64,000 nt of DNA. Source: Eledone cirrhosa. Taxonomy: Eukaryota. A program made the translations under genes and the position numbers. Below, in pieces: positions 13,501 through 25,929 of the stretch. The stretch's first letter is position 1. Each line of letters starts with the position of its first letter. The notes under the pieces were generated by a model that saw only the letters and a program-made list of their open reading frames with translations, did no database searches and had not been told where the DNA came from. Location of the stretch: assembly GCA_964016885.1 (NCBI GenBank), contig CAXHJY010000359.1, forward strand, positions 11,057 through 75,056. The letters are read 5' to 3'.

Positions 13501-15089
13501 CCCCAACTGTCGTATGTATTCGTCATATCGATATACTTTCCATTTTTGGTATATGCTCTTAGTTCGTCGTTACGTGGAAGACAACTCGAGAATGGTTGCA
13601 CCTGTGAAGACAGCGACCGTCACCGTAAGCACTCTTCTCGTGACAAGGTGGTGTAGTTAAGAGAAAGCTGTTATAGCTAATGTATCTCACTACGTGTCGT
13701 ATCTCGTGGTTTAAATGTCTACATTTGCCAAACACCAGATATAGCCGTCATTCAACCACTCTTTAACGACATCCAGTCAATTGTTGGCACCTTCCTCGTT
13801 CTGTCCTAACAGTTTCTCCATCAATACTATTGCCAGCAGTCCATTAGCCCACATGTACCTAAACTATTCCAACTCTTTCCTTTTGACTATACCTTGAGCT
13901 TAAGTAATAGTCCTTTCGTTACAATGTTTCTAATGAGATTGTTTATGATACACAAATTCTTCAGACAACGCAGAATCTGTTGATTTAGTAATATAACTTT
14001 ATTTCTCATTAAGTTGGTGTTTGGAACATTAAGGTTCTTACATAAGATTATGACGGAAGGTTTTTTTTTTTTTTTTTTTTTGCTTTGATAATTATAAATA
14101 CTTTAAAATAAACGGCTTACATATGATCAGTGGCGGTTTCAGGTTTGTAATTGAGGGTTATTTTCTGAAGACATCCTGAAATTGATTGGCACCGCACCAG
14201 GAATATATCCTGTTAGTATCCACATTCTCAGGAACATTCTTAGTGGGGAAAAACACACAAAACGAGTAACTCCGAATGTAGGATGGCTTAAGGCTTGTTC
14301 AAGGCGAAGTATCTGAATGGTGACATTTTTCACCATTCAGATACTTTCCATTTGGCTCCTACCCATAATACATGTAATAGCAGGAAAAGGTGAAATCTCT
14401 TTAAAAAAAGACATCCTCGTGCGCGCCCCGTGGGGTCCATTGAAAAATCCGCCAAAAAGTTTCGCGCTAAGATTCGGACAAATGTTCGAAACATTCTGGT
14501 GGAGCTGAGCCATGCAGTATGGTGCTACCAGTTTATTAGGGAGCAATCATTAATGATACCAAAAAAGCTACAGCACCGAGCTGCATGCCCTATCGAAACC
14601 GATTGGACATGCAGAATAGACCATTGACCCAATCAGCTGCGGACGCAATAGGGAGGGCCTCACGCAGCTGCCAGCTGGATGGAGTCTGAGATGGTCTTAC
14701 GTCCGGGTATAAATGGGGTCCTTTATTAGCACCTAAAGCATATGGGGGATCGAGATCAGACAGCACAGCTGCCTAACCCGAGATATGAAACGCCTAATAT
14801 CAGGCTAGCCGGCATGACTAGTAAATTTGTGGGTGTGACCCGACGCCATTAACGAACGAACGTCCACCTTTAGAAACGATTGATATCCCACTGAACCATA
14901 AACAGTTGGGTTGTTTGTCACACCAACTCCCACTCGTTATGCCGGACATACATTGCTGTCTAAACAGCACTTCAGAACCGCTAAAGTATGCCTCTCCATC
15001 ACCTCCACAGCAGGTTGGGCCCCTTCAGTTACTGAAGCATAGCTTACGTTTCTGGCACCACAGGACGACACAACGTCTGAAACGACTCA

Positions 15090-16520
15090 TCTGTGCTCCC
15101 TAGCACCGATATGGCCTCGTCGGCGACCTTGGACGAAGCTCTATATGCACCAACGGGCAGCTGTGAACCACGTCTCGCCCATCCAATTCTTCCTGAAGTA
15201 GAGCAATCGGTGGCTGATATTTACGCACCTTCTCCGCTGCCTCGTCATTCAAGCCTGTGCATTGCTCGTACCGAACTGTTATACCCACCTCCGCAGTGAA
15301 TCCCACCTTTCTCGAGGCCAAATCTGGGATAAGTCTTCTTTTTCCACATAAGATGGCCCACAGCCAACCATCCAACCGTGGCGTATGCTTTCGCCTGCAA
15401 AGATGGTTTTTCTTGGTCATGTGGATGACCAAGAAAAACTATCGTTGGCTATGTTCTCTGGCATTTAACTTAATTTTCAATTCAGAAAATATAAGAGACG
15501 CCTTTCCCTCCTGGTTTAGTGTGGGAGGTTCCACGGCCTACGCCAAAAGCGACATCTGCATAACGCCGTGTCCCAGTCAGTCCGGTAGTAAAGTCCAATC
15601 CTTTTCTAAAATGTCCTAAACTAAAGTAAGGTGGTCGTGCACCGCTCGACCACCCGTTTGTAACGCGCTTCGGGTCCTATTTTTCCTTCTCTCTTCCTAT
15701 AAACATTAGTAAACTTATTAGTTAAAAACAAACATTATAACGTAACGCGTAACCCTGCAATGGGGTGGGGGGTGAGGGCGTGCTATCGTGCACCCAGTAC
15801 GAACGCCCAGACTAGCGGAACCGGCGGAGGCGTCTTACATCTCCATCACTCGGATATCTATTCGACCGCTTGCTCAAGTTAGTCGAAATTCTTTTTTCTA
15901 AAGAAAATAAAAAAGAAAAGAGGAAGAGATTCTAGACCCTAACGCCCCCCTCCCCCCCAAAAAACCCCTGAGGCAATCATCCCCCGGACCCGGCAAGGGT
16001 TCATAAAGGAGAAAAGGGGATTAGACGACAGGCAGCCACAGTGGAGGGGACTCGGAAGCGTCCAGAGACCCCCATATGTGGGTGATTGTCTCTGCAGATG
16101 CATGGCAGCGTCCGCATGCCTTCGATCCGTGTCCTCCTCTCAAGACATTCGCGAGAGGGGAATGTATAGGTTTGCATCTTAAGCCAATTCAAAAAGCACC
16201 ACCCCGAAATACCACTCGGCTGGAATAATCGATGTCGATTGTGTTATCCCGGACAAGCTGAGATGGCCACGTTTCGGCATGTTTGCTGTAGAATCCAGGC
16301 GTGTACCTCATTGAACCTGACGGAACCTGGCAAAATGTAACATAACGATAAATTGCCATTCCGTGTGATGAAGTCTGCAGCCTTCGACAAAGGTGTGCGG
16401 TCGGTCAGCGAGTACGTGTGTTGTCTTGCAGAGACTAATTTGATAAAATGTCTTCTCGGCTTAGCATAATGGTCTACGTAGTCGTTTGGTCTACTGAAGA
16501 TGCGAGGCTTTTTCATTCCC
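15090..16520 (-). mobile_element. R2-like 3' fragments (linker, zinc-knuckle region, REL endonuclease)
   Basis: LIPDL...ITVRYE...AAEKVRKY (REL PD..D/E..K) and LKMQTYTFPSRE (cf. R2 KxRxNxxPxR). Confidence 0.75.
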
Positions 16521-16569
16521 GCTGACGGTTCCGTCCTATTTTTTCATCTCTGGGCTATAAATTTGTGAA

Positions 16570-16960
16570 GTACACTATATCTACTATTGATTTGTATTAA
16601 AGATTTTTGTTGAACATATTTCATTTGGAATTGATGCTCTATGGTCATTTTCTGTGGATTGGTATTTTTGGTATTGCCACCTCTCTCTATCTTCAGATTC
16701 GTTCCAACCGTATTTATGTATATCGAGGAATGTTTGTCATTTAATTTATTTAGACGGTAGGGTGTTATTTGAGGGAGATTAGATTCCTTTTTCTAGTAGA
16801 AATTGGATTTCTACTGTGAGAAAGTTGAAGACTACATAATAATAATGGCCTTGTAACATTTCTAGAATGTTGTCCCTCAACTTTATATTTTTCATAACTT
16901 ATAAAAAAGTATGTTTCTAGTTTGAGCTGGTAGATTACAAATAAACTTGTCACCTTTTCC
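16570..16960 (-). mobile_element. RTE LINE fragment (paralogous to 30960-31430)
   Basis: Nucleotide similarity to the RTE fragment at 30.3-31.4 kb. Confidence 0.55.
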
Positions 16961-17212
16961 TGAAATGTCGCTCCCCGCTTTTTTCACGCATGCTTTAAAT
17001 ACGAAAGTATGTATACACAATATATTTGTACGTTGAGCAGAAAGATGGAAAACTGTTTCCCCTCCTTATTATTTAGATGTAAGTAAAAGTATGTTTATAT
17101 TTAACATATGAGTGTGTAGCATTGTTGATAATAGAAACGGAAACCGTTATTGTAGTTTCACTCCAACCTATCAGTTCGTTCTACACGAATACATCTCTAG
17201 TAATAGACAGGT

Positions 17213-17365
17213 AGACGTAGCATGGTTGACTGGTTAAGAAATTTGTTTGACTATCATTAAGTCGTCCCAGGTGAGGTCTCACTGTGTAGCATCTAGGACA
17301 AGTGTCATTTATCAAAGCCTCCGTCTGACTCGGGCCTTGTGAGTGAAATTGGGTAGACGGGAATT
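17213..17365 (+). mobile_element. CORE-type tRNA SINE
   Basis: GCATGGTTGACTGGTTAAG...GGACAAGTGTC...GGCCTTGTGAGTGAAATTGGGTAGACGG. Confidence 0.6.
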
Positions 17366-17649
17366 TTTTTTTATAGTACCGTCATATGGACTGTACCTGT
17401 TATTTAAAAGGAAGTTATCGCTTTGAATCTCCCTGCGAACTACAATAACAATGTCTGTGAAAAGCTCAACAATTTGTACGTTAATTTCACATTCATCCTG
17501 TTCTTTTTGACCGAACTGGAACAATCATCGTTAAAATTGACGGAGATCCCTTCCATTCCAGCAATAGTTAGCTGAAATTGAGTGCAAACAATACGTGATT
17601 TATTTTTGTCAATTTAAAGATCGTAAAAGAGAGGTCATGTCTTAATCTG

Positions 17650-18400
17650 TATGGTGAGCAAATGGGTCCCACGTGCTGGCCTCCCAACAGACCCGGCGGA
17701 CAGAATGGAGAAGGCGTTTCCCCGGAGGATGGTAAGGGAGATGCGCTGGAAGAGCCATTCCAACTCGCGAGGCTCACACCTGCAGCTGGCCAGCTCAGCG
17801 CTTATAGTGGGTAATAGGAGGTGGGCCAAGGACACCAGAAGTTGCCACTGCCAAGGGCCAATCAGCTCGAGTTGGGAGGGAAAGCCTGCAGTGTCCAAGC
17901 CATGCTTTATGACCTCGTTGAGGGCAGCATGGCGTAAAAGGCGACCGGCACTGTGGCGAAAGGAAAGCAGGTGGAGGCCGAAAGAGTCCACGGTGAGGGA
18001 CATTTACACGGTGGATCCACAGGGACATTTATGTGGCTCGCAGATCCGGAATCCAAGCCTTAAGGAAACGCCGATGCGCAGGCTATCGTTATTCAGCTGC
18101 GTGCCAGTGGAGAAAGGGGGTAAGGCAAGGAGCCAGGCACCACTGTGGGGTTTGGAGGCCGCGTGAAAGCAGGGAAGACACCCCTATCTCACTCACCAGG
18201 GGTGTTCAGACCCGCCTGGCTAAACTCAAGCTGGTTCGGCCCGCCAGCCAAGGCAGTTTACCGGGGTGTGGCCGCTGTCGCACGTTACAGCTTCTTGGGG
18301 CCACAGGTGAGAGCTGAGTATCGGGTGGGACCCAATGCACGACGAGCTATCCTGAAAAGGGCATGGCTAGCCCCCCCCCTACAGAGGTACATGCCCCCTC
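17650..18400 (-). mobile_element. CRE-clade non-LTR retrotransposon 3' fragment
   Basis: RICEPHKCPCGSTV...GLHLLS...[15 protein letters not shown] (zinc knuckle plus RH) and [25 protein letters not shown]. Confidence 0.85.
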
Positions 18401-18779
18401 TCTCGTGTACCCACCTCATTAAAAATATATTTGTTGAACTAATTCTAGTCTCCATCGCTGGCCTCTTCGGAGAACAAACGGGCAGACGAACATGACAACC
18501 TTTGGTTGGTTGATTCATGCTGTTACTACACACACCAACATATATGTATGCACACTAATTCTTTTTGTAATGATTCTACTATAGATATAAAATTACGCGG
18601 TTAAGATTAAGATATTTGTATTTTTTCTTTTGACGTAAAATATTGGGCAGTTTCGTTGGAAAGTTCAACGAAGAGGCTCATGGTAATTCGGTTCGTTTGG
18701 AGTTGAAATTTCTCAAAGGTTAACCTTTGTCTTTTGTCTGGTGTCGAAGATTGAATGATTGTTGCTTAGTCAACCTTTA

Positions 18780-19700
18780 TCTTTGTGGCGGAAAGACGCG
18801 AACTACTTCAAATAATGACGGCGTGAACGAACGCGAGAAGGACTGTCCCACGTACTTGGGTTGGTCCGCTTCGAGGTAAGGGGTGCCGGCTACACTGGCC
18901 GCCGGCCGATGCGTTGAAAAACGTCCGGAGTGATCCGCTATTCCCTTGGAAGTTTTGCTCGGCGATTAGTTTAGGTTCGTCAAGCAGACTGCTGGGTCCG
19001 GAGCCATACAACCGCTCGAGTTTGTCTTACGAGGCCATTGCCAACGACGGACTGCATGGGTCTGGAAGTTGGCCTTCGCTTAGTGTCCCCTTTCGAGGCT
19101 GTTGGTTACGACGGGCTGCAGTCAGTTGGGTGTGGGTGGGCGGTTCGGTACCGCGAGGACGAGTTCGGGAGGGTTAAAGTCAGTGTATCCAGGCCGGGTG
19201 GGCTGGGTGTTAGTATATGGATACATAGGAAGATGATCCTCAGGAGTCACGTTAACGAAACGGGCGCTGACCCTCTTCTCGGTGCGTACTGACTTCTTCT
19301 TTAGATCAGCAGCCTCGGTCCTTTCGACGGGCCAGGTGGCGGAGTTGTTTTCCTCGTAAGATCAAGGTGTATAATAATCAAGCAAACATTTTTAGTTTGA
19401 ACTACGATCAAAAATGATCATTGGTATCCGGTCCAAGTCGTTAACCAATGGGTCGACGGGCTTACTAAGGTGTTGGCCCGATTTGATGGCCACACCTCGA
19501 GGTAATTGCTTGGCGCCATTTCGGGCCACAAATAACCGGAGTAACTGGTTGAAGGACCTTAATCCAGTACCCTCGACCGCAGGCTTAACGAGTCCCTGCC
19601 CTCGGATAATACGAGATTTGAAGCGCCGACCTATTTGCTACTCAAGTACTGAAGCCTATTTAATCGATTTCATCCTCCTTCCCTACCAAGTCGCTGACTT
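18780..19700 (-). mobile_element. R2-like N-terminal fragment (second subfamily)
   Basis: 19275-19330 is homologous to 27140-27200, which encodes the Myb-like RGYWSKEEI...GKTRKQISD. Confidence 0.5.
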
Positions 19701-19735
19701 TGTCTCTAAATTCTAATCCATAATTTCCTCATAGT

Positions 19736-19930
19736 AGGCCGGTGGATTAGCAGTGTCGGTAGTATCGGACAACATACTTCGGCCCTTTATGTTCTGAATT
19801 CAAATCCCGCCGAGTTTAGCTTTGCCTTTCATCATTACGGGGATCGATAAAATAAAGTACCACGGTAGCACTGGGGTTGATTTTAATCGAATTTTCCCCT
19901 CCCCCAAATTGTTGGCCTTGTGCCTAAACT
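19736..19930 (+). mobile_element. tRNA SINE with Meta-type central domain
   Basis: TTCAAATCCCGCCGAG...TTTGCCTTTCATC...GATCGATAAAATAAAGTACC...CACTGGGGTTGAT. Confidence 0.7.
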
Positions 19931-20558
19931 ATTGGGTCGTTAAGTATGAAATTTGTAGAAACTGTTTTTTTTTTTCTTTTTTTTTTTTTTTTTTCTACAC
20001 ATTTCATACTTGACACAATATAACCCATTATTTCCCCATAGTTGATTTTCGGTGACCAAAAAACAGCTTTGGGAAACTGGTCAATAGTCACAGAAAATGT
20101 AGATTAAATGAAATAGTTTTATTGGAAATTGAACTGGTGGTTCAATATGACAGGAATTGTTGAATTGGAACAGGTCACAAATGTTCAATTGATTTCTAGA
20201 AATAAATATCTGTAATGTACTGGTTTAATTTGTCACTCGTGTTCCTCGCAAAACATTTATCTAGGGGTTTGAAACATGGACAAACTTTTAAGTTACATTA
20301 GGAGCATTTATCTGACGGATCGATCCTCGAGATCTGAAAGCCGAATCCCATCGAGTTTAGTAACACTAGTGTTGATCGGACACCCCCGCCCCACGATTTC
20401 ACTGAAAACGAGACACTTGGAGAGAGATACCGCGCGACCAACCTCACGATAGAACGACACATTTTTATCAACCTGGCTGGATTTATACTGCCTAATTGCA
20501 ACACCGGACATTCTGAATCTTTTCTTTCATGTTGTCCGAGTGCATATACCCAACAAAG

Positions 20559-20603
20559 ACCAAGATGCGTTTCCAAATGAGAACTGGAGCATCATCAGAT
20601 GAT
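20559..20603 (-). ncRNA. Possible degenerate minimal type I hammerhead ribozyme
   Basis: Minus strand ATCAT-CTGATGA-TGCTCCAGTTCTCATTTG-GAAA-CGCA-TC-TTGGT. Stems I and II are imperfect. Confidence 0.35.
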
Positions 20604-20619
20604 TGAGGCCATCTGGAAG

Positions 20620-20900
20620 CTTAGGGAATTTGCGAAAAAGCCACCGCTCCAAAACGTGTATCAACCACCAAATTCTGTGAGCTGGCACTTTGATGTGCTC
20701 GGCTAGTCTTTGTTGACCAGTGCTGTTCTTTGTTGTTGTCCAACAGATTTCGCAATTTCCACGTGCAAAGTTTGAGTTCTTTCCGCACCTGCAGTTTCAC
20801 CACTTGCTCACCCCTCAGCGGCATGGTGTCATGAGAATGAGTTTATAGATTTTATTAGAAATGACTTATGAATGACTTGAATTGAGGTAGAGGAATACAA
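20620..20900 (-). mobile_element. RTE (BovB-like) 5' region and APE start
   Basis: LKLCTWKLRNLLDN...AVAFSQ resembles RTE IGTWNVRTLLD...AALSET. Confidence 0.6.
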
Positions 20901-20904
20901 CTCA

Positions 20905-23100
20905 GCAAAAATATTGCTGCAAAACATGTAATCTTTACCGGGGTTTCAGTGGAGCCCTGCATATTTTATCAATACTGTGACACCTGCTCCACCTAAACAC
21001 TCATCTTGGAGTTCGACCATGGGCTGACTTTGACCCTTAAGAGCATTTTTCTGCAGGTTCGATTCTCGAGAGCTGAATCCCATCGATCTCTGGAGGAGGA
21101 TCCGTGTTGACCAAGAAAGATTTACCCCACGATTTTACCGAAAACTAGGCGCATTTAGAGATATTCACCGCTAGCCACACTTCACGGTAGAACGACACGT
21201 ATCTGTCAACGAGATGTTGCAGCTGCATTGTCGTCCCCATACGCCAAGCTCGACAACCCCACATCTTTAACCAGTAAGCCACAGTTGGACAGAACGTCCA
21301 TCAACGGGTCCGTGGCTAAGTTAAAGAGAAGGGGTTAGTGTATCTCCCTGCCGGACTCCACGCTTCATATCAATGAGTCTGCTCGTTTCCGCTCCGACCG
21401 AGAATTTTGTACCACATCCTTCATAAAGACCTTTCACGACATCGATCATATGCTCGTGAAAGTCTTCTCATGGCTGCAAACTCGAGTGATAGCAGAACCG
21501 ATTGGAACGCCTTGGCCAGGTCGATGAAGGCAACCGCCGAATCCTCAATCACGCTTCCATGCTACGTTTGAGAAGCTGTCGCAGCAAGAACATGGTCTCG
21601 CTGTAACCGTCAACACTTACTAATCCCCTTTGGGAAGAATTCAGAGGGGTTACCTGAAACATCCTATTGGAGAGTAACCTGGTGTATAGGCGATAAAGGA
21701 TAGAGCATATCGTCAGGGGTCTCCAATTAGATAGGTCACCGGATCATCCATCTTCTTAGGATTCAGGACAGACCTGCCGAGTTTCAAGACATCAGGTAAC
21801 TTCCAACCACGCAACATGCAGTTAAAGGTTCACAAGAATTGCAGGGTCGAGGGCGCGGACCTATGGGGCTGTGATTCCGTCGGTCCCTGGGGCAGAAGTT
21901 GAGTTCATACACCTTCGTGTCACATTCGAGGTGAATGGACGCAAAGGCGGTGCGTTATCCACCACTTCCATTGCAGGATAAGCACCTCCGGTCCCGGGTG
22001 GGAAAACCTGCCCGAATAAAAACCGACTCGATGTCGGAAATAGGTAAAGGACACCCCCCATTGGTTTTCATCCACTAAAATCACTAAAAGGAGCTTCTTC
22101 CTATTACGATCATACACATTCTGGTAGCGAGCATAAAGCGGCCTACTTCCTTTACTTTTACTACCAGAAATCCCGTAGGGCCGTTTCGGTCTTCTCCTCA
22201 CGGTTTTAATACGTTTCCTACGTGAGCGTGCGTGCTCCAACCATCCTCTTACACACTTCGTGATCGCTCTCCAACCCTCGTCCGTGATCGCTCTCCAACC
22301 CTCGTCCGTGATCTCATCTCCTACTGTGGTGAGACACTCGTCAAAAGCAGCGGATCATCGAGAGCGACCCGCCTCCACTGCAGCGCCGAACGAATTTCTC
22401 CAGGTGGCATTGGAGGATGCCGGAGAACCAGTTCCACGCACCTGGCTATGCGGCCGCTCGCCAGCCGACTTACTTACGCGGGTAGGGTACTGGTTACTGC
22501 ATTTCTTTTTATTGAAATCGCTCCTTTTCCAACTAATTTGCTGAACGGATTTTCCAGGCAGAAACGGAGTTGTGGATGCGACGGCACCCCGCCACAAGGA
22601 TCTCCCTCCTTTTCAAGAAGTATCACCGCAATTCCCACACTTATAGTTGAGGCTTGAGGCAGCGGAATTGTCGTCCTATCTTCTGCCTGTACATCGGCCA
22701 GAGTGGACTCTGAGCGAATGAAGGTGTTCACACTCCCTACCACATTTGGAACATTTAAAAATCAGCCTTCGCCAGACAAGTTGTGCGGACACCATAAACA
22801 AAACATTACGTTGTTGCACGGAATCTCCAGGCAATCCTCCTCCACTAGGGGCCTGTAGACCTCTTCAACACGACCCACGGTGTCGCGAGCCCATTGCGAG
22901 GGAAGCTGTTTGCCCTTCAAAACCAAGACGTGTGTACCGTAGTCAAAGGTAGATCTATCCGGAACGAACTTACGAATGGTAATTGTTGGTAGTCAGTCCT
23001 CGGAGATGATTACCGCTCGCCACGAGCGGCCATTACAGTAAGTCGCGGCTGGCCAGGAGACTCCCATCTCATTCCTCCTAGTCAATGGTTTAACGGCCCC
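20905..23100 (-). mobile_element. R2-clade retrotransposon, degenerate (paralog of 11270-13500)
   Basis: CCHC finger FKCSKCGRECEHLHSLRVHSGRC at ~22690-22760, then YKCGNCG, a Myb remnant FLPGKSVQQISWKR and RT motifs. Confidence 0.85.
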
Positions 23101-23911
23101 AAAATGTCGTATATATTCGTCATTCGATATACTTTCCATTTTTGGTATACGCTCTTAGTTCGTCCTTACGTGGAAGACAACTCGAGAATGGTTGCACCTG
23201 CCAAGACAGCAACAATCACCGGGGAAAATATTAGGAACTTAATAAAGACGATGCTGCCTCTCTCGTACAGCTTTTTCCCAGATGTAAGTACTCTTCCCGT
23301 GACAAGGGGGTGTAGTTAAGAGAGAGGTCTGTTATAGCCAATATCTCTCTACACGTATCATATCTCGTGGTTTCAGTGTCTGCATTTACCAACCAAGCAT
23401 CAGATATAGCCGTCATTCAACCACTCTTTAACTACATCCAGTCAATCTTTGGCACCTTCCTCGTTCTCTGTCCTAGCAGTAGTTTCTCCATCAATACTGT
23501 TGAAGCATATTAAGTAATAGTCCTTTCGTTACAATGTTTCTAATGAGATTGTTTATGATACACACATTCTTCAGACAACGAAGAATCTGTTGATTTAGTA
23601 ATATAACTTTATTTTTCATTAAGTTGGTGTTTGGAACATTAAGGTTCTTACATAAGATTATGACGGAAGGTTTCTTTTTCTTTGATAATTATAAATACTT
23701 TAAAATAAAGGGCTTACTATATGATCAGTGGCGGTTTCAGGTTTATCAAGGGTTATTTTCTCAAGACATCCCGAAATTGATTGGCACCACACCAGGAATA
23801 CAATCTCTTTGCGACACAGCACAAGAAGATAGGTAAGCATTTTCTGTCTGAAATTAATAGTAACATTTTCTGACAAAGATTTCAAAACTGCATTTTATAT
23901 ACAAAAACAGA

Positions 23912-23985
23912 AACGTGGTTTAGTGGTTGAAGTGTTCTGCACACGATCGTAATGTCAGGAGTTGAAATTCCGACAGCGCGTTTCT
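23912..23985 (+). mobile_element. tRNA SINE head
   Basis: CGTGGTTTAGTGGTTG...CACGATCGTAA...GAGTTGAAATTCC. Confidence 0.5.
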
Positions 23986-24689
23986 TTTTGTCACATGTGC
24001 TTACTTTTTCTATTTGGTTCTAGTAAACCTCCTCCATCGTTCGCGAGTAGGACCTGGAAAAAGAATATTGTTAGTATCGACAGGAACGTTCTTAGTGGAG
24101 GAAAAACATGTGAAACTAGTAACTCCGAATGTAGGATGGCGAACGCCTAGACAAACGGAGGTATGGTGACATTTTTTACCATTCAGAAACTTCCAGCCGG
24201 CCCCTACCAATAATACATGTAATAGAAGGAAAACAAAGTGAAATCTTTTTAAAAAGACGTCCTTGTGAGCGCCCCCGCGGGATCCATAGAAGACGCCCCC
24301 CCCCCCCAAAAGAAAAATATCTTCAGCCTAAGTTTCCGTCAAATGTTCAAAGAATTCTGGAGCTGAGCCACGCAGTATGGTGCCACCAGTTTATTAGGGA
24401 GCAATCACTAATGGTATCAAGAAACCCACAGCACAGCACAGCACGATCGAAACTGATAGGACATGCAGAGTAGACTTTTGACCCAATCAACTGCGGACGC
24501 AATAGGGAGGCCCTCACGCAGCTGCCAGCTGGATGGAGTCTGAGATGGTCTTACGTCCGGTATAAATGGGGGCCTTTCTTAGTTCTTAAAGTTTGTAGGG
24601 GTTCGAGATGAGAGCACAGCTGCCTAACCCTAAACATGAAACGCCTAATATTAGGCTAGCCGGCAAGAGCACCAAATTTATTGTGGATG

Positions 24690-24995
24690 TAACGTCGGCG
24701 ACCTTGGACGAAGCTCCACATGCACCAACGGGCAGCTGTGAACCACGTCTCGCCCATCCAATTCTTCCTGAAGGAGAGCAATCTGTGGCTGATATTTACG
24801 CACCTTCTCCGTTGCTTCGTCATTCAAGCCTGTGCATTGCTCGTACCGAACTGTTACGCCCACCACCGCAGTGAATCCCACCTTTCTCGAGGCCAAATCT
24901 GGGATAAGCCTTTTTTGTTCCACATAAGTTGGCAAAATGTAACATAACGATAAATTGCCATTCAGTGTGATGGTCTGCAGCCTTCGACAAAGCGC
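24690..24995 (-). mobile_element. R2-like REL fragment (paralog of 15115-15350)
   Basis: LIPDLAS...VTVRYE...TEKVRKY. Confidence 0.75.
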
Positions 24996-25724
24996 GTACT
25001 GAGGCTTGGCTTGAGACGAGCATGCGGATTTAAGACTGAAGGTCTGTTATTTTGAAAGTCAGTCGTAATAGACTGATCAATTAATCTCTGGAGTCTGGAG
25101 GTTTGTTATTTTTCATATACTCGCACTACTTATCAACAAAATTCTCGAGGTTGGATGTCCGTTATTTTTATTCATTCATATATTCAATCAATCTTTGTCC
25201 CCTTTCTTGTCCTCTGTCCGAGAAGTAGCCTCTCCATCAGCCCACATGTGCTCAAACTATTCTAACTTCCTCCCTTTCACTATGCCTATAACTTATTTGA
25301 TTGTTTTGCCGATTTTACGCACCTTATGTATGTAACCGTTTCGTTACCACCTCTTTGAGATTTTTATGCACAATTCTTTCTAACAAGGAATAATCTAGTG
25401 TGATTTACTAATATAATTTCTAAAATTTAATATTTGGAACATTAAGATCCTTATATAGAATTATGATGGAAGTTTTGTAAAAATAATTATAAAAACTTTG
25501 AAATAAACAGCTTGGTATGATATAATCGGGGCGGTTTCAGTTGGGTTGCTATCAAGGGTTCTTTTCTCTTCAAGACATCCCGAAATTCATTGGCACACCA
25601 GGAATACAATCTCATTGCGACACAGCACAAAAGGATAAGTGGGCCTTTTCTGCCTTTATTGTTGTCTTGTTGAAAATAATAGTAACAGTTTGTGACAAAG
25701 ATGTCAAAACTGCATTTTATATAT

Positions 25725-25925
25725 ATTACCTTGACCGGCCAGACAGTCGGATCGCACTTTGAATCTTCTGTCCACAGCATATCATCCATTCCCTTTTTGA
25801 TCTCGCCATCCTTCTCCATTTCGGTCCCATCATTCCCTTTGTGATCAATCGGAGTGGAGGCCTTCCGAGGGGTCGTTTTGGCTCGCCTCGGTACCACTCG
25901 ATGGAGACATGGGTTCGGCCGTGTG
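25725..25925 (-). mobile_element. RTE LINE 3' end
   Basis: EWYRGEPKRPLGRPPLRL matches the RTE C-terminal WxPxxxKRxxGRPxxRW motif. Confidence 0.65.
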
Positions 25926-25929
25926 ATCG

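Noticed and set aside
22990-23100. HDV-like ribozyme at the R2 5' end (CCGCTCGTGGCGAGCGG)
   Set aside because: Only a simple hairpin is visible. The nested double pseudoknot could not be built and the paralog lacks it.
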